64,000 nucleotides of DNA from an uncultured delta proteobacterium (GCA_963706575.1 CAVPNL010000003.1:128001-192000), one strand, 5' to 3'. Shown: positions 38,936 to 49,168, counted from the first letter of the stretch. Notes: a model not told the origin generated them from the letters alone. Program-made: numbers and translations.

Positions 38936-38961
38936 CTCTTTAATTATTCCTAAAGCAGTTT

Positions 38962-39139
38962 AAATGCAATTGACTAAAGTTGAGGAATTCTGTCCTTTTT
39001 ATATTATTGCTCACGCAAAGCCGCTAAGCCACAAAGGATTATAATCTAAACAAAAAAACCCTTGGCCCCTTTGCGCCTTTGCGTGAGGCCAAAAGCTGTC
39101 GTTCATTTAAGTCACTTCCTCAATGAGCATCTTTAAGTT
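38962..39139. repeat. Nested repeat: outer element related to 23579-23756, inner ~9-nt inverted-arm element (39010-39087)
   Basis: CTAAAGTTGAGGAATTCT (38974-38991) is the exact reverse complement of 23686-23703; inner CTCACGCAAAGCCGCTAAGCCACAAAG / CTTGGCCCCTTTGCGCCTTTGCGTGAG. Confidence 0.7.
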
Positions 39140-39144
39140 AAAGC

Positions 39145-39537
39145 CTACTTAACCGAAATTACCGGACACTCCGCCTGAAGGATCACATATTGAGCAGTAG
39201 ACCCCATCAGCAATTTCCCGACTTTTGATCGACGTTTAACCCCCACAACGATTTGGTCAATCTGGTTCTCGTTTGCAAATTCAACCAGGTCCTCACCCGC
39301 TGACAGGCCGCGGATTAACAAATGCGTGTTGCAGGCAATGCCATCCTTCTCAAACAAAGACTTGGCATACTCCAATCCCCGCTCCGCCTGCTCGATAAAT
39401 TTTCTTTCAGATTCGGTCCCTTTCTGCATTGAAGTCACCACTTCAACCGCTGCCCCGAATACATTTGCATGGGATTTTGCCAGATTTAAAGCTTCCTTCG
39501 CCGCGTTGGTACCGTCATATCCTACCAATATCTTCAT
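39145..39537 (-). CDS. Universal stress protein (UspA family)
   Basis: KILVGYDGT, IVVG, LLMGSTAQYVILQAECPV. Confidence 0.92.
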   Translation of the reverse strand: MKILVGYDGTNAAKEALNLAKSHANVFGAAVEVVTSMQKGTESERKFIEQAERGLEYAKSLFEKDGIACNTHLLIRGLSAGEDLVEFANENQIDQIVVGVKRRSKVGKLLMGSTAQYVILQAECPVISVK

Positions 39538-39795
39538 AAGACCCTCCTCCATTTTCTGCCAAAGCAAAGCCCGTCAATGCTTCGGTTTTCAACCTAAAAA
39601 CTCATGACCTGAATGACCAGAATAACTGATTGATGATTTTCTTTTTAGCATAGACAATTTCAATTATCCACCAAAACATCACGAGATTTATCAAAGTGAG
39701 TCAAAACGTTTCATACCCGAGTCTCGCATAATGAGAAATGACAGCGAGATAGAATTTGCGAACCTTTAAAATTAATCATGACCGAGTGCAAACAG

Positions 39796-40314
39796 CTATT
39801 TTATTGCAGCGATCACCGCCCGCATAAATGCCGGCAAATCATCCGGGGTGCGGCTGGTGATCAGATTCCCATCAACAACTACCTCCTGATCGACCCATTC
39901 GGCACCGGCATGGACTAGATCATCTTTAATCGCAAAGAATGACGTCACCGTTTTACCCGCCAATATTTCCGCTGAAGCAAGCATCCATCCGGCATGACAG
40001 ATGGCGGCGACCACTTTCCCGCTCTCAAACAGGTCTTTGACCAGTTTCACCATCTGGGGGTATCTTCGCATGATATCCGGGGCATATCCACCGGGTATGA
40101 CCACGCCGTCAAAATCTGTCGCGGAAACCTGCTCTATGTTGACATCCACCTTAACTTCGGTACCGGGCTTCCCGGTATACGTTTCGGCGCTGCCCGACCC
40201 CACCACAGTCACCTCGGCGCCGGCCTCTTTCAAACGGTAATAGGGATACCAGAATTCAAACGTGTTAAACAATGATTCCACCGGAATTGCCACTTTTTTA
40301 CCCTGAAGTTCCAT
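39796..40314 (-). CDS. PfpI/DJ-1 family protease/deglycase
   Basis: VVIPGGYAPD, AAICHAGW, VVVDGNLITSRTPDDLPAF. Confidence 0.93.
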   Translation of the reverse strand: MELQGKKVAIPVESLFNTFEFWYPYYRLKEAGAEVTVVGSGSAETYTGKPGTEVKVDVNIEQVSATDFDGVVIPGGYAPDIMRRYPQMVKLVKDLFESGKVVAAICHAGWMLASAEILAGKTVTSFFAIKDDLVHAGAEWVDQEVVVDGNLITSRTPDDLPAFMRAVIAAIK

Positions 40315-40603
40315 ATTCAGCTCCCTTTTTGTTCATTTTCCATGGATATAATTGAATCAAATATATACATCTTTCCAAGCATGTCCATGGCAAAAGACTT
40401 TAAATCATGTTTAAATTAACCTTTTAAATTCGGATTGGAAAATCAATTTATAGTGCTGATATATAATAGAATACACTATACAATGTGTTTTCACGTGAAA
40501 CTTGAACTATTGTTTTGTGGCGATCGTTAAGATAGAATAAATAATATTTAGGGCAAAAAATTTCCCTTAAGCTAATGGTTAAATTCCAAAGCGTTGATGA
40601 TCC

Positions 40604-41032
40604 ATGATTCGTATAACCGAGACATTATTTATTGATGAAGACGAAATCCAACTTGATTTTATGCGTTCATCCGGGCCGGGCGGTCAAAATGTGAATAAAG
40701 TGGCCACTGCGGTTCAATTGCGATTCGACGTGAATCAATCGGCCTCTCTATCTGCCGACATTCGAGATCGCCTGATACGGATTGCCGGCAAAAAGATGAC
40801 GGATGATGGCATCCTGGTTATCAAGGCCCAGCGATTCAGAAGCCAGGACCAGAACCGCAAAGATGCCATTGGCCGCCTGATTGAACTGATCCGCCAGGCA
40901 ACCGTTAAACCAAAAACCCGGCGCAAAACCAGACCATCCAGAGCAGCCAGGGAACGTCGATTATCAGCTAAAAAAAAGCACAGCGAAATTAAACGCCGCC
41001 GCCGCGGGGTTAACCTTTCTGAAGATCCTTAA
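40604..41032 (+). CDS. arfB: Alternative ribosome rescue peptidyl-tRNA hydrolase ArfB
   Basis: RSSGPGGQNVNKV (GGQ), RSQDQNR, basic tail KTRPSRAARERRL. Confidence 0.95.
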   Translation: MIRITETLFIDEDEIQLDFMRSSGPGGQNVNKVATAVQLRFDVNQSASLSADIRDRLIRIAGKKMTDDGILVIKAQRFRSQDQNRKDAIGRLIELIRQATVKPKTRRKTRPSRAARERRLSAKKKHSEIKRRRRGVNLSEDP

Positions 41033-41219
41033 TTTTTATCCTCCCGACACCGGTTGCTGAATACACGGCTTTACGAAACGAACAATCCCCTTGACATCTG
41101 GTTTATTGATCCCGTAAGAATCAATTTCCTTCAGCCGGGTGTCACGATTTGCGTACTGGTTGCATTTTAATCGATATTTAGCGCACAGGGCACCATTGTG
41201 CTCAGAAAGGGCTTTATGG

Positions 41220-41555
41220 ATGAAACCGATATCCTGGAAGGATTTTGAAAAAGTTGAAATGCGCGCCGGCACGATCAACCGGGTGGAAGATTTTCCGGAA
41301 GCCAACATCCCGGCGTATAAAATCTGGGCGGATTTTGGTGATTTCGGCATAATGAAATCCAGCGCCCAGGTGGCCAAGCTTTATTCCAAAACAGACCTCC
41401 TCGGGCGACAGATTATCGGCGTCACCAATTTCCCGCCGAAACAAATCGGAACTTTTATGTCGGAATTTCTGGTAACCGGTTTTATACTTGAGAGGGGCGA
41501 GGTGGTGCTTGCTGAGCCACAACAAAGCGTCCCGAATGGATCCCGACTTGCATAG
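41220..41555 (+). CDS. csaA: tRNA-binding / secretion chaperone CsaA
   Basis: [35 protein letters not shown]. Confidence 0.9.
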   Translation: MKPISWKDFEKVEMRAGTINRVEDFPEANIPAYKIWADFGDFGIMKSSAQVAKLYSKTDLLGRQIIGVTNFPPKQIGTFMSEFLVTGFILERGEVVLAEPQQSVPNGSRLA

Positions 41556-41576
41556 AAACATAGAAGCAGCATAAAC

Positions 41577-42065
41577 ATGGTTAAAAAATTGGATTCTAAA
41601 AACAATTATTTGATGGGGGTGATTTCCGACACCCACGGGCACATACCATCCGGGGTATCAAAAGCCTTTGATGAGGTCGATCTCATCATTCATGCCGGTG
41701 ATATCGGTGAAGAAACGGTTTTAAATAAACTGTCAAAAATCGCCCCGGTTGTAGCTGTGCGGGGGAATATGGATTTTGGAAAATGGACCCGCCGATTGCC
41801 GGAAACAGAAACAATTGAAATTGGCCAAGTGGTTTTATATGTGCTTCACATTGCAAACCGGCTGGATGCAGATCCGGGTAAGGCCGGCTTCAAAGCCGTT
41901 ATCAGCGGTCATACGCACCTTCCGGATGTATATGAAAAAAACGGGGTTACGTTTATTAATCCGGGTAGTGCATCATATCCGAAATTCGGCCAGCCGCCTT
42001 CTGCTGCCTTGATTCAAATCAAGAGAGATGGCCTTAGCGTAAGACTTGTTCGCCTGCAAGACTGA
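41577..42065 (+). CDS. YfcE-like metallophosphoesterase
   Basis: ISDTHG, HAGD, RGNMD, GHTH, INPGS. Confidence 0.92.
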   Translation: MVKKLDSKNNYLMGVISDTHGHIPSGVSKAFDEVDLIIHAGDIGEETVLNKLSKIAPVVAVRGNMDFGKWTRRLPETETIEIGQVVLYVLHIANRLDADPGKAGFKAVISGHTHLPDVYEKNGVTFINPGSASYPKFGQPPSAALIQIKRDGLSVRLVRLQD

Positions 42066-42090
42066 AAACAACCGAAAGGAGAATTTCACA

Positions 42091-43494
42091 ATGGGAGGAT
42101 TGTTTGGCTGTGTATCTAAAAATGACTGCCTGGATGATCTTTTTTACGGCACCGATTATCATTCTCACCTGGGGACCAAACGCGGGGGGCTGGCGGTGCA
42201 AAATTCAAATGATTTTTCCCGGTCGATCCACAACATCGAAAACGATTATTTTAGATCCAAGTTCGAAGCCGATCTTCCAAAACTGCACGGGCACAAAGGT
42301 ATTGGCATCATCAGCGATCATGACCCGCAGCCACTGATTATCGGTTCCCACCTGGGGACTTTCGCCATCGTGACGGTCAGCAAAATCAACAATATCGAAG
42401 AACTAGCAGCCAAAGCATTCAAAAACAAGCACCATTTTTCAGAAATGAGCGGCGGCGAAACGAGTCCGACCGAACTGGTGGCCATGTTGATCTGTGAAAA
42501 AGAATCCTTCGAAGCGGGCATCCAGTATGCCCAGGAGAGCGTCAAAGGCTCCTGTTCAATGCTCCTGCTCACGGAAAATGGGATTTATGCGGCGCGGGAT
42601 AAACTGGGCCGGACACCGGTTGTTATCGGCAAAAAGGACGGGGCATATGCCGCCGCGTCGGAATCTTGCGCCTTTCCCAATTTAGGTTATGAAATTGAAA
42701 AATACCTGGGCCCCGGCGAAATTGTTTTAATATCGGCCGACAGTTGCGAACAAAGAAAACCGCCGCAAGAACAAATGCAGGTATGCGCATTTTTGTGGGT
42801 CTATTATGGGTATCCGGCGACCAGTTACGAGGGCATCAACGTGGAAGCCACCCGAAACCAATGCGGCAAGGCACTGGCACAAAACGACAGTGTCGATATC
42901 GACTTTGTCGCCGGTATTCCGGATTCCGGTATCGGGCACGCCATCGGATATGCAAACGAGAAGAATATCCCCTATATCAGGCCCTTTGTTAAATACACAC
43001 CGACCTGGCCCCGAAGTTTTATGCCCCAGATCCAGAGTACAAGGGACCTTGTGGCGAAAATGAAACTCATTCCGGTAAAGGAGTTGATCGAGGGCAAAAG
43101 AATCCTTTTTTGCGAGGACTCAATCGTACGCGGCACGCAGTTGCAGGACACCATTCAAATTTTATACGAATACGGGGCCAGGGAGGTCCACATGCGACCC
43201 GCCTGCCCGACCCTCATTTATCCCTGCGATTTTTTAAATTTTTCGACTTCACGGTCTACGCTCGATCTGGCCGGCCGCAAAGCCATCTCGCAACTTGAGG
43301 ATTCAGATGATAAGCATTTAGCCGAATATGCAACGGCAGGATCGCAAAAAAACCATGCGATGGTGAATAATATCAAACAACGATTGAAGCTGACTTCATT
43401 ACAGTACCAGAAACTGGAAGATCTGGTTGCTGCAATCGGTTTGCCGAAGGAAAAGCTATGCACCCATTGCTGGGATGGCAGCAGTTACTTCTAG
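42091..43494 (+). CDS. purF: Amidophosphoribosyltransferase-like protein lacking the N-terminal catalytic Cys
   Basis: ARDKLGRTP, GIPDSG, EDSIVRGT PRPP loop, EVHMRPACP, LCTHCW; starts MGGLFG after SD AAGGAG. Confidence 0.88.
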   Translation: MGGLFGCVSKNDCLDDLFYGTDYHSHLGTKRGGLAVQNSNDFSRSIHNIENDYFRSKFEADLPKLHGHKGIGIISDHDPQPLIIGSHLGTFAIVTVSKINNIEELAAKAFKNKHHFSEMSGGETSPTELVAMLICEKESFEAGIQYAQESVKGSCSMLLLTENGIYAARDKLGRTPVVIGKKDGAYAAASESCAFPNLGYEIEKYLGPGEIVLISADSCEQRKPPQEQMQVCAFLWVYYGYPATSYEGINVEATRNQCGKALAQNDSVDIDFVAGIPDSGIGHAIGYANEKNIPYIRPFVKYTPTWPRSFMPQIQSTRDLVAKMKLIPVKELIEGKRILFCEDSIVRGTQLQDTIQILYEYGAREVHMRPACPTLIYPCDFLNFSTSRSTLDLAGRKAISQLEDSDDKHLAEYATAGSQKNHAMVNNIKQRLKLTSLQYQKLEDLVAAIGLPKEKLCTHCWDGSSYF

Positions 43495-44159
43495 TGAAGA
43501 TGCTTTAAGATAACAAGCGATCGCTGCGAATCAATTGAAGGCAGTCTGTATTTTTCGATTTCGAGAGAATATTGATCCCCGAGCGCATTTGCGCGTACCG
43601 CATCCAATTCTTTCGTATCGATCTCCCCTTTCATCGCAATGATCGTCCCGTGCTCTGCCAGCAGCGGCAGCGCACTTTTCACAAACGTCAACAGATCCGA
43701 CAGCGCCCGACTGATAATGATATCAAAGGAAGTCGCATACTCAGGATCTTTCAAGAGGGTTTCAGTGCGCATTTGCCGGGCTTCGATATTCTCAAGACCG
43801 AGGGCCCTGAGCACATGTTTTAAGAAATTGATTTTTTTGCGAACGCCGTCGATCAGGAGGGCGGAGATGGACGGTTTAAAAATCTTGAGGGGTATACCGG
43901 GAAAACCGCCGCCGGAGCCGATATCGAGCAATCTGCCCCTGTCGGGAATGCATCCGGCAGGCGCCAAAGAGTCCAAAAAATGTTTGATAGCGATTTCCCG
44001 GGGATCCGTAACGGCGGTCAGATTAATTTTACGATTCCAGTTGAGCAACTCCGAGGCATAGATGGAAAATGAGGCACTGACACGTTCATCTAATTCGATA
44101 CCCAGTTTTCGAGCACCGTCAATGATGAATCGTTGCCATTCCCTGGAACCAATTTCCAT
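43491..44159 (-). CDS. rsmG: 16S rRNA (guanine-527-N7)-methyltransferase
   Basis: WNRKINLTA, HFLDSL, LDIGSGGGFPGIPL, SRA, MKG. Confidence 0.95.
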   Translation of the reverse strand: MEIGSREWQRFIIDGARKLGIELDERVSASFSIYASELLNWNRKINLTAVTDPREIAIKHFLDSLAPAGCIPDRGRLLDIGSGGGFPGIPLKIFKPSISALLIDGVRKKINFLKHVLRALGLENIEARQMRTETLLKDPEYATSFDIIISRALSDLLTFVKSALPLLAEHGTIIAMKGEIDTKELDAVRANALGDQYSLEIEKYRLPSIDSQRSLVILKHLH

Positions 44160-44176
44160 TTCATTCTACATTCCTT

Positions 44177-44255
44177 GTTCGATATTCGATATTCAACTGG
44201 CCATTAAAGCTGAAACCCAGATTTTGAACTCCTGACACCTGAAACCTGACACCTG
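44177..44255. repeat. Heptamer repeat arms (single orientation)
   Basis: TTCGATA TTCGATA TTC; CTGACAC CTGAAAC CTGACAC CTG, the same unit as at 22007 and 37364. Confidence 0.6.
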
Positions 44256-44264
44256 TATTCCAAA

Positions 44265-46631
44265 TCAATTGATACAGACCCGCCGCACCTCGGCAATATC
44301 GGTGAGGCCCTTAAAGACTTTCATGATACCATCCTGTCTCAGCGTGGACATACCTTCTTTCATCGCCTGGGCAAAAAGCAATTCCGTATTGGCCTGTTTT
44401 TTGATCATCAATTTGATTTTGGCAGTTCCCTCCATGAGTTCATGAATGCCCATCCGGCCGCGGTAACCGGTATTGGAGCAGGAGTCGCACCCGACAGCCC
44501 GGTGCAGGGTCAGGTCCGGATTATATTCGATGCCGGTTTGCGCCCAGTATTTTTCACCAAAATCCACATAAATCATTTCAAACTCATCTTTGGTCAAGGG
44601 ATATTCTTCCATGCAGTCTTTGCATAAGCGCCGCGTCAGCCGCTGGGCCAGCACACCAAGAAAGGCATCGGAAAAATTAAGTGGATTCAAGCCCATATCC
44701 AGCAGCCGGGTGATGGTTTCCGGCGCACTGTTGGTATGCAGGGTGGAAAATACCAGATGACCGGTCAAAGAAGCCTCAATACCGATAGAGGCGGTTTCCT
44801 CATCCCGCATTTCACCGATCATGATGACATCCGGGTCCGCCCGCAGAAAGGCCCGCATCACTCGCGCAAAATCCAGTCCGATTTTGGGTTTCACCTCCAC
44901 CTGACGCAGCCCGCCCTGGGTGATTTCAATCGGGTCCTCAGCCGTCCAAATCTTAATGCCCGGTTTATTGATGTAACCGAGAATGGCATGCAGGGAAGTT
45001 GTTTTACCCGAACCGGTGGGGCCCACCGCTAAAACGAGGCCGTAAGGTTTGGCGACGATCTTCTTCATTACTTTGGTGTTGCGGTCGGTCATCCCCATAT
45101 CGCCAAGTTCCATCGCACCGGCCGAAGCCAGAATTCGCATGACGACATCTTCGAAGCCACCTTGCGTCGGCAGAGTCGCCACCCGCAGTTCAAAGGTTGG
45201 AACGCCTTTACGTCTGAACTTGATCTTCCCGTCCTGGGGCAGCCGCCGCTCGGCGATATCCAGGTTAGACATGATTTTTACTCTGGAGATAATACCGCGA
45301 ACCATAGAATTGGGAACCTTCATGTATTCCTGGCAGACACCGTCGAGGCGAAAGCGAATCAGGGTCGATTTGGTAATCGGCGACGGCTCGATATGAATAT
45401 CCGACGAATTTTTACGGTAAGCGGCAATGATAACCTGATCAACCAGCTTGACGATTTTACCGGAGGCCTCATCGTAGCCTTCATCTTCTATTTCTTCTTC
45501 TTCCTCCTCTTCAAAGGCGACCTCCGGCATTAAGTCAAAATTTTCCAGGGTTTGCTCAGCTGTATTATCTTCACCCGTCGGCACCCCGCCATCAAAAAAC
45601 TGAGAGATGAATTTCTCAATATCTTCACGGATCGCAACAGTAAAATTAATCCGGCTGGTTTTCATTAAGGCCTTGATATTATCTGTTTTATTCAGATCCC
45701 GCGGATCATCGACCAAAACTTCAACGCCGTCCTTATCCCAGCTCATCGGAACCCAGTATTCGTTGCGCAAAAATGCTTTTTTCAGATTTGAGAGTAACTC
45801 GACCGGGGCTGGAAAGGAGGGATCATAGTCATGAAAGCTGGTGTCATAAAAAAGCGAAAAGGATTTGCCGATGGCTGCCTTGCTGATTTTATTATGTTCA
45901 ATCAGAACAAATTCCACGCTTTTGTTCATCTTTTTGGCAAGCGCAAATGCCTGCTGCAACTCGTCTGTGGTTACCATTTTTTCTCTTAACAGGTAGTCAT
46001 ATTTCGACCCGGTGGTGAATGTGGCCGCAACTGAATCCATTCGCTTTTTGATTTCGGCCTCAGCGGGGTTCAACTGGTGAGCTCTTTTATAGTTTTCAAG
46101 CGCGACTTCACGATGGTCGCGTTTCTCCATTTCCTTGCCGAAAATAAAAAAGATGTTGGCAGCTTCTTTTTCCTTCAGCTTCTGACGGTTAATCAAAACC
46201 TTGAATTCTTCAGACGCCTTGGAAGGGGAGTGCAGTTTTAGCATGCTTTCGCTGATTTCAGGGACGACTTTTTCGACCGGATAATCTTCTTTAAACAATT
46301 TGGCATATTCTGGAATGGCTTCCCCATGCAGCCCCATCTCCTTAAATGCCGAAGCACTATCAAGAATGGCGGGAACATCTCCCTGGTTGGACAGGCGTTC
46401 ACGCAGCATGGAAATATCTTTTGCCGAGAATCCTTTGGGCGTGGTTTCCTCTTCACTGTTAATTTCTTGTTTTAGCAGCCGAATGCGCTTCTCAATCTTT
46501 TCGTGGGTCGGGGCATCCTGAGGAGATACGTTGCCAAGAATTTTTTCGTAAATTTTCAGCGAATCTTCAAATAAGCCCATTGAACGACAAACTTCGGCTT
46601 CATTAATTTTGGATTCGATATCAGTATTCAT
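44265..46631 (-). CDS. PilB/GspE-family assembly ATPase with N-terminal TPR-like region
   Basis: SDIHIEP, DIAERRLPQDG, GPTGSGKTT, TAEDPIE, LRADPDVIMIGEMRD, TGHLVFSTLHTN, CKDC/CDSC; ~200 aa TPR-like N-terminal extension. Confidence 0.92.
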   Translation of the reverse strand: MNTDIESKINEAEVCRSMGLFEDSLKIYEKILGNVSPQDAPTHEKIEKRIRLLKQEINSEEETTPKGFSAKDISMLRERLSNQGDVPAILDSASAFKEMGLHGEAIPEYAKLFKEDYPVEKVVPEISESMLKLHSPSKASEEFKVLINRQKLKEKEAANIFFIFGKEMEKRDHREVALENYKRAHQLNPAEAEIKKRMDSVAATFTTGSKYDYLLREKMVTTDELQQAFALAKKMNKSVEFVLIEHNKISKAAIGKSFSLFYDTSFHDYDPSFPAPVELLSNLKKAFLRNEYWVPMSWDKDGVEVLVDDPRDLNKTDNIKALMKTSRINFTVAIREDIEKFISQFFDGGVPTGEDNTAEQTLENFDLMPEVAFEEEEEEEIEDEGYDEASGKIVKLVDQVIIAAYRKNSSDIHIEPSPITKSTLIRFRLDGVCQEYMKVPNSMVRGIISRVKIMSNLDIAERRLPQDGKIKFRRKGVPTFELRVATLPTQGGFEDVVMRILASAGAMELGDMGMTDRNTKVMKKIVAKPYGLVLAVGPTGSGKTTSLHAILGYINKPGIKIWTAEDPIEITQGGLRQVEVKPKIGLDFARVMRAFLRADPDVIMIGEMRDEETASIGIEASLTGHLVFSTLHTNSAPETITRLLDMGLNPLNFSDAFLGVLAQRLTRRLCKDCMEEYPLTKDEFEMIYVDFGEKYWAQTGIEYNPDLTLHRAVGCDSCSNTGYRGRMGIHELMEGTAKIKLMIKKQANTELLFAQAMKEGMSTLRQDGIMKVFKGLTDIAEVRRVCIN

Positions 46632-46692
46632 TTACTTTAGTGTACCTTTCATCTGAAATGTCGTAATTGCGGTGCCTATTTAAAAATTGTCA

Positions 46693-47070
46693 TCATGTTC
46701 GTATTCGGCCGCCCTTTTTTTTAAAAAGCTTTCCAAATTTTTTCCCGGATTTAGATGGCTGCAGCGATGGCAAAATTATGTCGCAGTTTAAACGGATCAT
46801 TGCAATCGGCACAAACAGTGCCATTAAAATAACGATATATCCAATCTCGGTTTTGCGGATATAGATCCGACCTTTTTCAAAAACCAGATCGGTTTCCCGC
46901 ATACCCTCCAGGGAGTCAATAAAAAAACTCCAATCCCGGCCTTCAGGCTCCACATTCACAGAAGATCTGAATTCTTTGAAAATAAGATCCCCTTTAAACG
47001 AGAACAGCATAATCCCGCTTACGCCGTCGGTACACAATATATCATTAAATAGCTCTCGTATACGTTCCAT
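46693..47070 (-). CDS. Roadblock/LC7-like protein (second, divergent copy)
   Basis: DGVSGIMLFSFKGDLI...LVFEKGRIYIR...AMIRLNCD pattern parallels MglB. Confidence 0.6.
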   Translation of the reverse strand: MERIRELFNDILCTDGVSGIMLFSFKGDLIFKEFRSSVNVEPEGRDWSFFIDSLEGMRETDLVFEKGRIYIRKTEIGYIVILMALFVPIAMIRLNCDIILPSLQPSKSGKKFGKLFKKKGGRIRT

Positions 47071-47099
47071 GCAATTTAGACGATCATTTTGGGTGATAT

Positions 47100-48110
47100 T
47101 TATTCACTGATAACTCGCAGAATTTTATCCCGGGGACACTTGGAATCAACTGTAATTACAGTGGTCTTTCTGCCAGGTATGAGAATGTAATCGTTGCTGT
47201 CGCCTTTATCGATGTATCCGAGCGTAAAATCACCCAGATGGAAGAAATCGCCCGCCTTCGATAGCTGGGCGACCCGGCTGTCCCAGAATTCATCCTGGTA
47301 TAAATCTTCCAGACCGCATTGCGGGCCAATTTCCTGTTCGATTCTCAGTTTGAGCCGCTTCAGCTGATCAGCTGGCTCCTCCCCGCCGGAATCGATTTGC
47401 TCCATGACGCTTTCAGGTACTTCTTCCGGCTCTTCCTCGTCTTTGCGCCGCATGGCTTCCAGAATAAGCGGCTGCAGATCACTTTGAATTTTGTTTTCTT
47501 TTAGGGCACAGCCATTTTGTATGGAAAGATTCACCGCATCCCAGGAAAATATTTCATGGGCCGCTGATTCACCCTGCATGTTGTTTGCCCTGGCGTCCAG
47601 CAATTCACCATCAGAAAAAAACAGAATGCCCTTTTCCCCTCCCGATTTTTTCTCCAGCCGAATCGTGCAGGTTTTCTGCTCCATTTCGATTAACTGCAAA
47701 AACATTCCGGATGAAACATTGTGGAGCGTGCCGCCTTCTGATTCCTTTCTCAAGGTTGTCAAAATCTGGCGGGCAAGATTCTCGATTAAAAAAGGTTTGG
47801 CAATATATCCAACCGCCCCTCCTTTGCGCGCAAGCTGCTCCATTTCAGGTGTACTATAACCCGTAATAATAATGACCGGTATGTCCGGATAATGTTCAAT
47901 GATATGAGCCAGCAGCTCAAATCCGTCCATATTGGGCATCTTTAAATCTGTAACCACCAACGAAATAATATTTTGCTTGAGGCGCGTTAGGGCCTGCAGA
48001 CCGTCTTCTGCCAGTAAAACCGCAAACGACTCCTGATATTTCTTAAAGCCTTCTTTGAGGGCATGTAGCATTTCAGTATCGTCATCGACCAACAGAACAT
48101 TTTTTATCAT
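47100..48110 (-). CDS. Response regulator: REC + DUF4388 (PatA-N-like) + C-terminal domain
   Basis: LLVDDD, TDLKMPNMDG, YIAKPF; GGTLHNVSSGMFLQLIEMEQKTCTI..GILFFSDGELLDA. Confidence 0.88.
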   Translation of the reverse strand: MIKNVLLVDDDTEMLHALKEGFKKYQESFAVLLAEDGLQALTRLKQNIISLVVTDLKMPNMDGFELLAHIIEHYPDIPVIIITGYSTPEMEQLARKGGAVGYIAKPFLIENLARQILTTLRKESEGGTLHNVSSGMFLQLIEMEQKTCTIRLEKKSGGEKGILFFSDGELLDARANNMQGESAAHEIFSWDAVNLSIQNGCALKENKIQSDLQPLILEAMRRKDEEEPEEVPESVMEQIDSGGEEPADQLKRLKLRIEQEIGPQCGLEDLYQDEFWDSRVAQLSKAGDFFHLGDFTLGYIDKGDSNDYILIPGRKTTVITVDSKCPRDKILRVISE

Positions 48111-49168
48111 CGGTCTTCCTCACTTTCATGTGACCAGGAGGCTTTTTCGATATCGACGATTTTAATTCCGGCTACATAATCCATTGATTCGTATTTTCTG
48201 ATCCTACCTAATTTATCGGTAATATCATTCATTTTCTTGATCTGATTATGGACTTTGACGATTTTCGGGTAAAACCGGTTATCCTTCTGTAATCCAGATA
48301 AAATTTCATCGATCAGGTTATTGATGATCGTCAGCGGCTGATTCAGTTTATGCGCGACACCGCCCGCCATCTCCAGGACACCCTGAAATTTTTCATTGCC
48401 GGCCTGTTCCTTTTGGCGGGTAATAAGGCGAGAGACGTCTCTGGCAATGCACTTAATGTGATTCGCCCGCCCGTTGTTTTTTATCAAAAATGCCTGGCAT
48501 TTAAGATGGTGCATTTTTGAATTTACGTCCAAAATCGATAGAATGGCTTCATTGCGACCGATTTTGAAAATTTCTGCAAGAAAAATAAGAAACAGGTCAC
48601 GATCGCCGGGAGCCAGAAACTCGGATAGCGGTTTACCCAGCAGCCTTTCTTTAGGTGCGCCGAACAGGCTCTCGGCAGCCGAATTAATATTAATCAGATC
48701 TCCGCGAAGATCGAAAATAATGATGATCGGGCTTAAGTTTTTAACCTGCCCTTCTATCTCGGGCATCTGGGTGTCCGTATCAATGTCGGATGTAATCTCC
48801 TTCAGAACGCCATCCAGATTAATGGCAATACCGTCATCATCCAGGATTGCTTTGGCCGTTATCGCACACCATATCGGTGTACCATCTTTTTTCTTGAGAG
48901 CAACGGGAAGCTCGTTAATACGACCGGTTTTCATAACGGTATGAATTAGATTTCCACGATCTTTCTTATTCAGATAAAATTCTATGACCGGATAGTCGAT
49001 CAGGTCCCAAGCGGAATCAAACCCAAATAAGTCGGCAAAGGCATAATTGCAATAAACGATTTTGCCTTCAATGGTCGTACGGAAGATCGGCGCCGGAAGA
49101 CTATCAAAGAATTCCGCATATCTTCGGGCCGAATAATCTCCGGCATCTATTAAGTTTTCAGCGGCCAT
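48107..49168 (-). CDS. Two PAS domains + HisKA-like helix pair, no kinase catalytic domain
   Basis: EGKIVYCNYAF and GDLININSAAE PAS starts; EMAGGVAHKLNQPLTII H-box; the protein ends ~75 aa later without N/G1/G2 boxes. Confidence 0.82.
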   Translation of the reverse strand: MAAENLIDAGDYSARRYAEFFDSLPAPIFRTTIEGKIVYCNYAFADLFGFDSAWDLIDYPVIEFYLNKKDRGNLIHTVMKTGRINELPVALKKKDGTPIWCAITAKAILDDDGIAINLDGVLKEITSDIDTDTQMPEIEGQVKNLSPIIIIFDLRGDLININSAAESLFGAPKERLLGKPLSEFLAPGDRDLFLIFLAEIFKIGRNEAILSILDVNSKMHHLKCQAFLIKNNGRANHIKCIARDVSRLITRQKEQAGNEKFQGVLEMAGGVAHKLNQPLTIINNLIDEILSGLQKDNRFYPKIVKVHNQIKKMNDITDKLGRIRKYESMDYVAGIKIVDIEKASWSHESEEDR

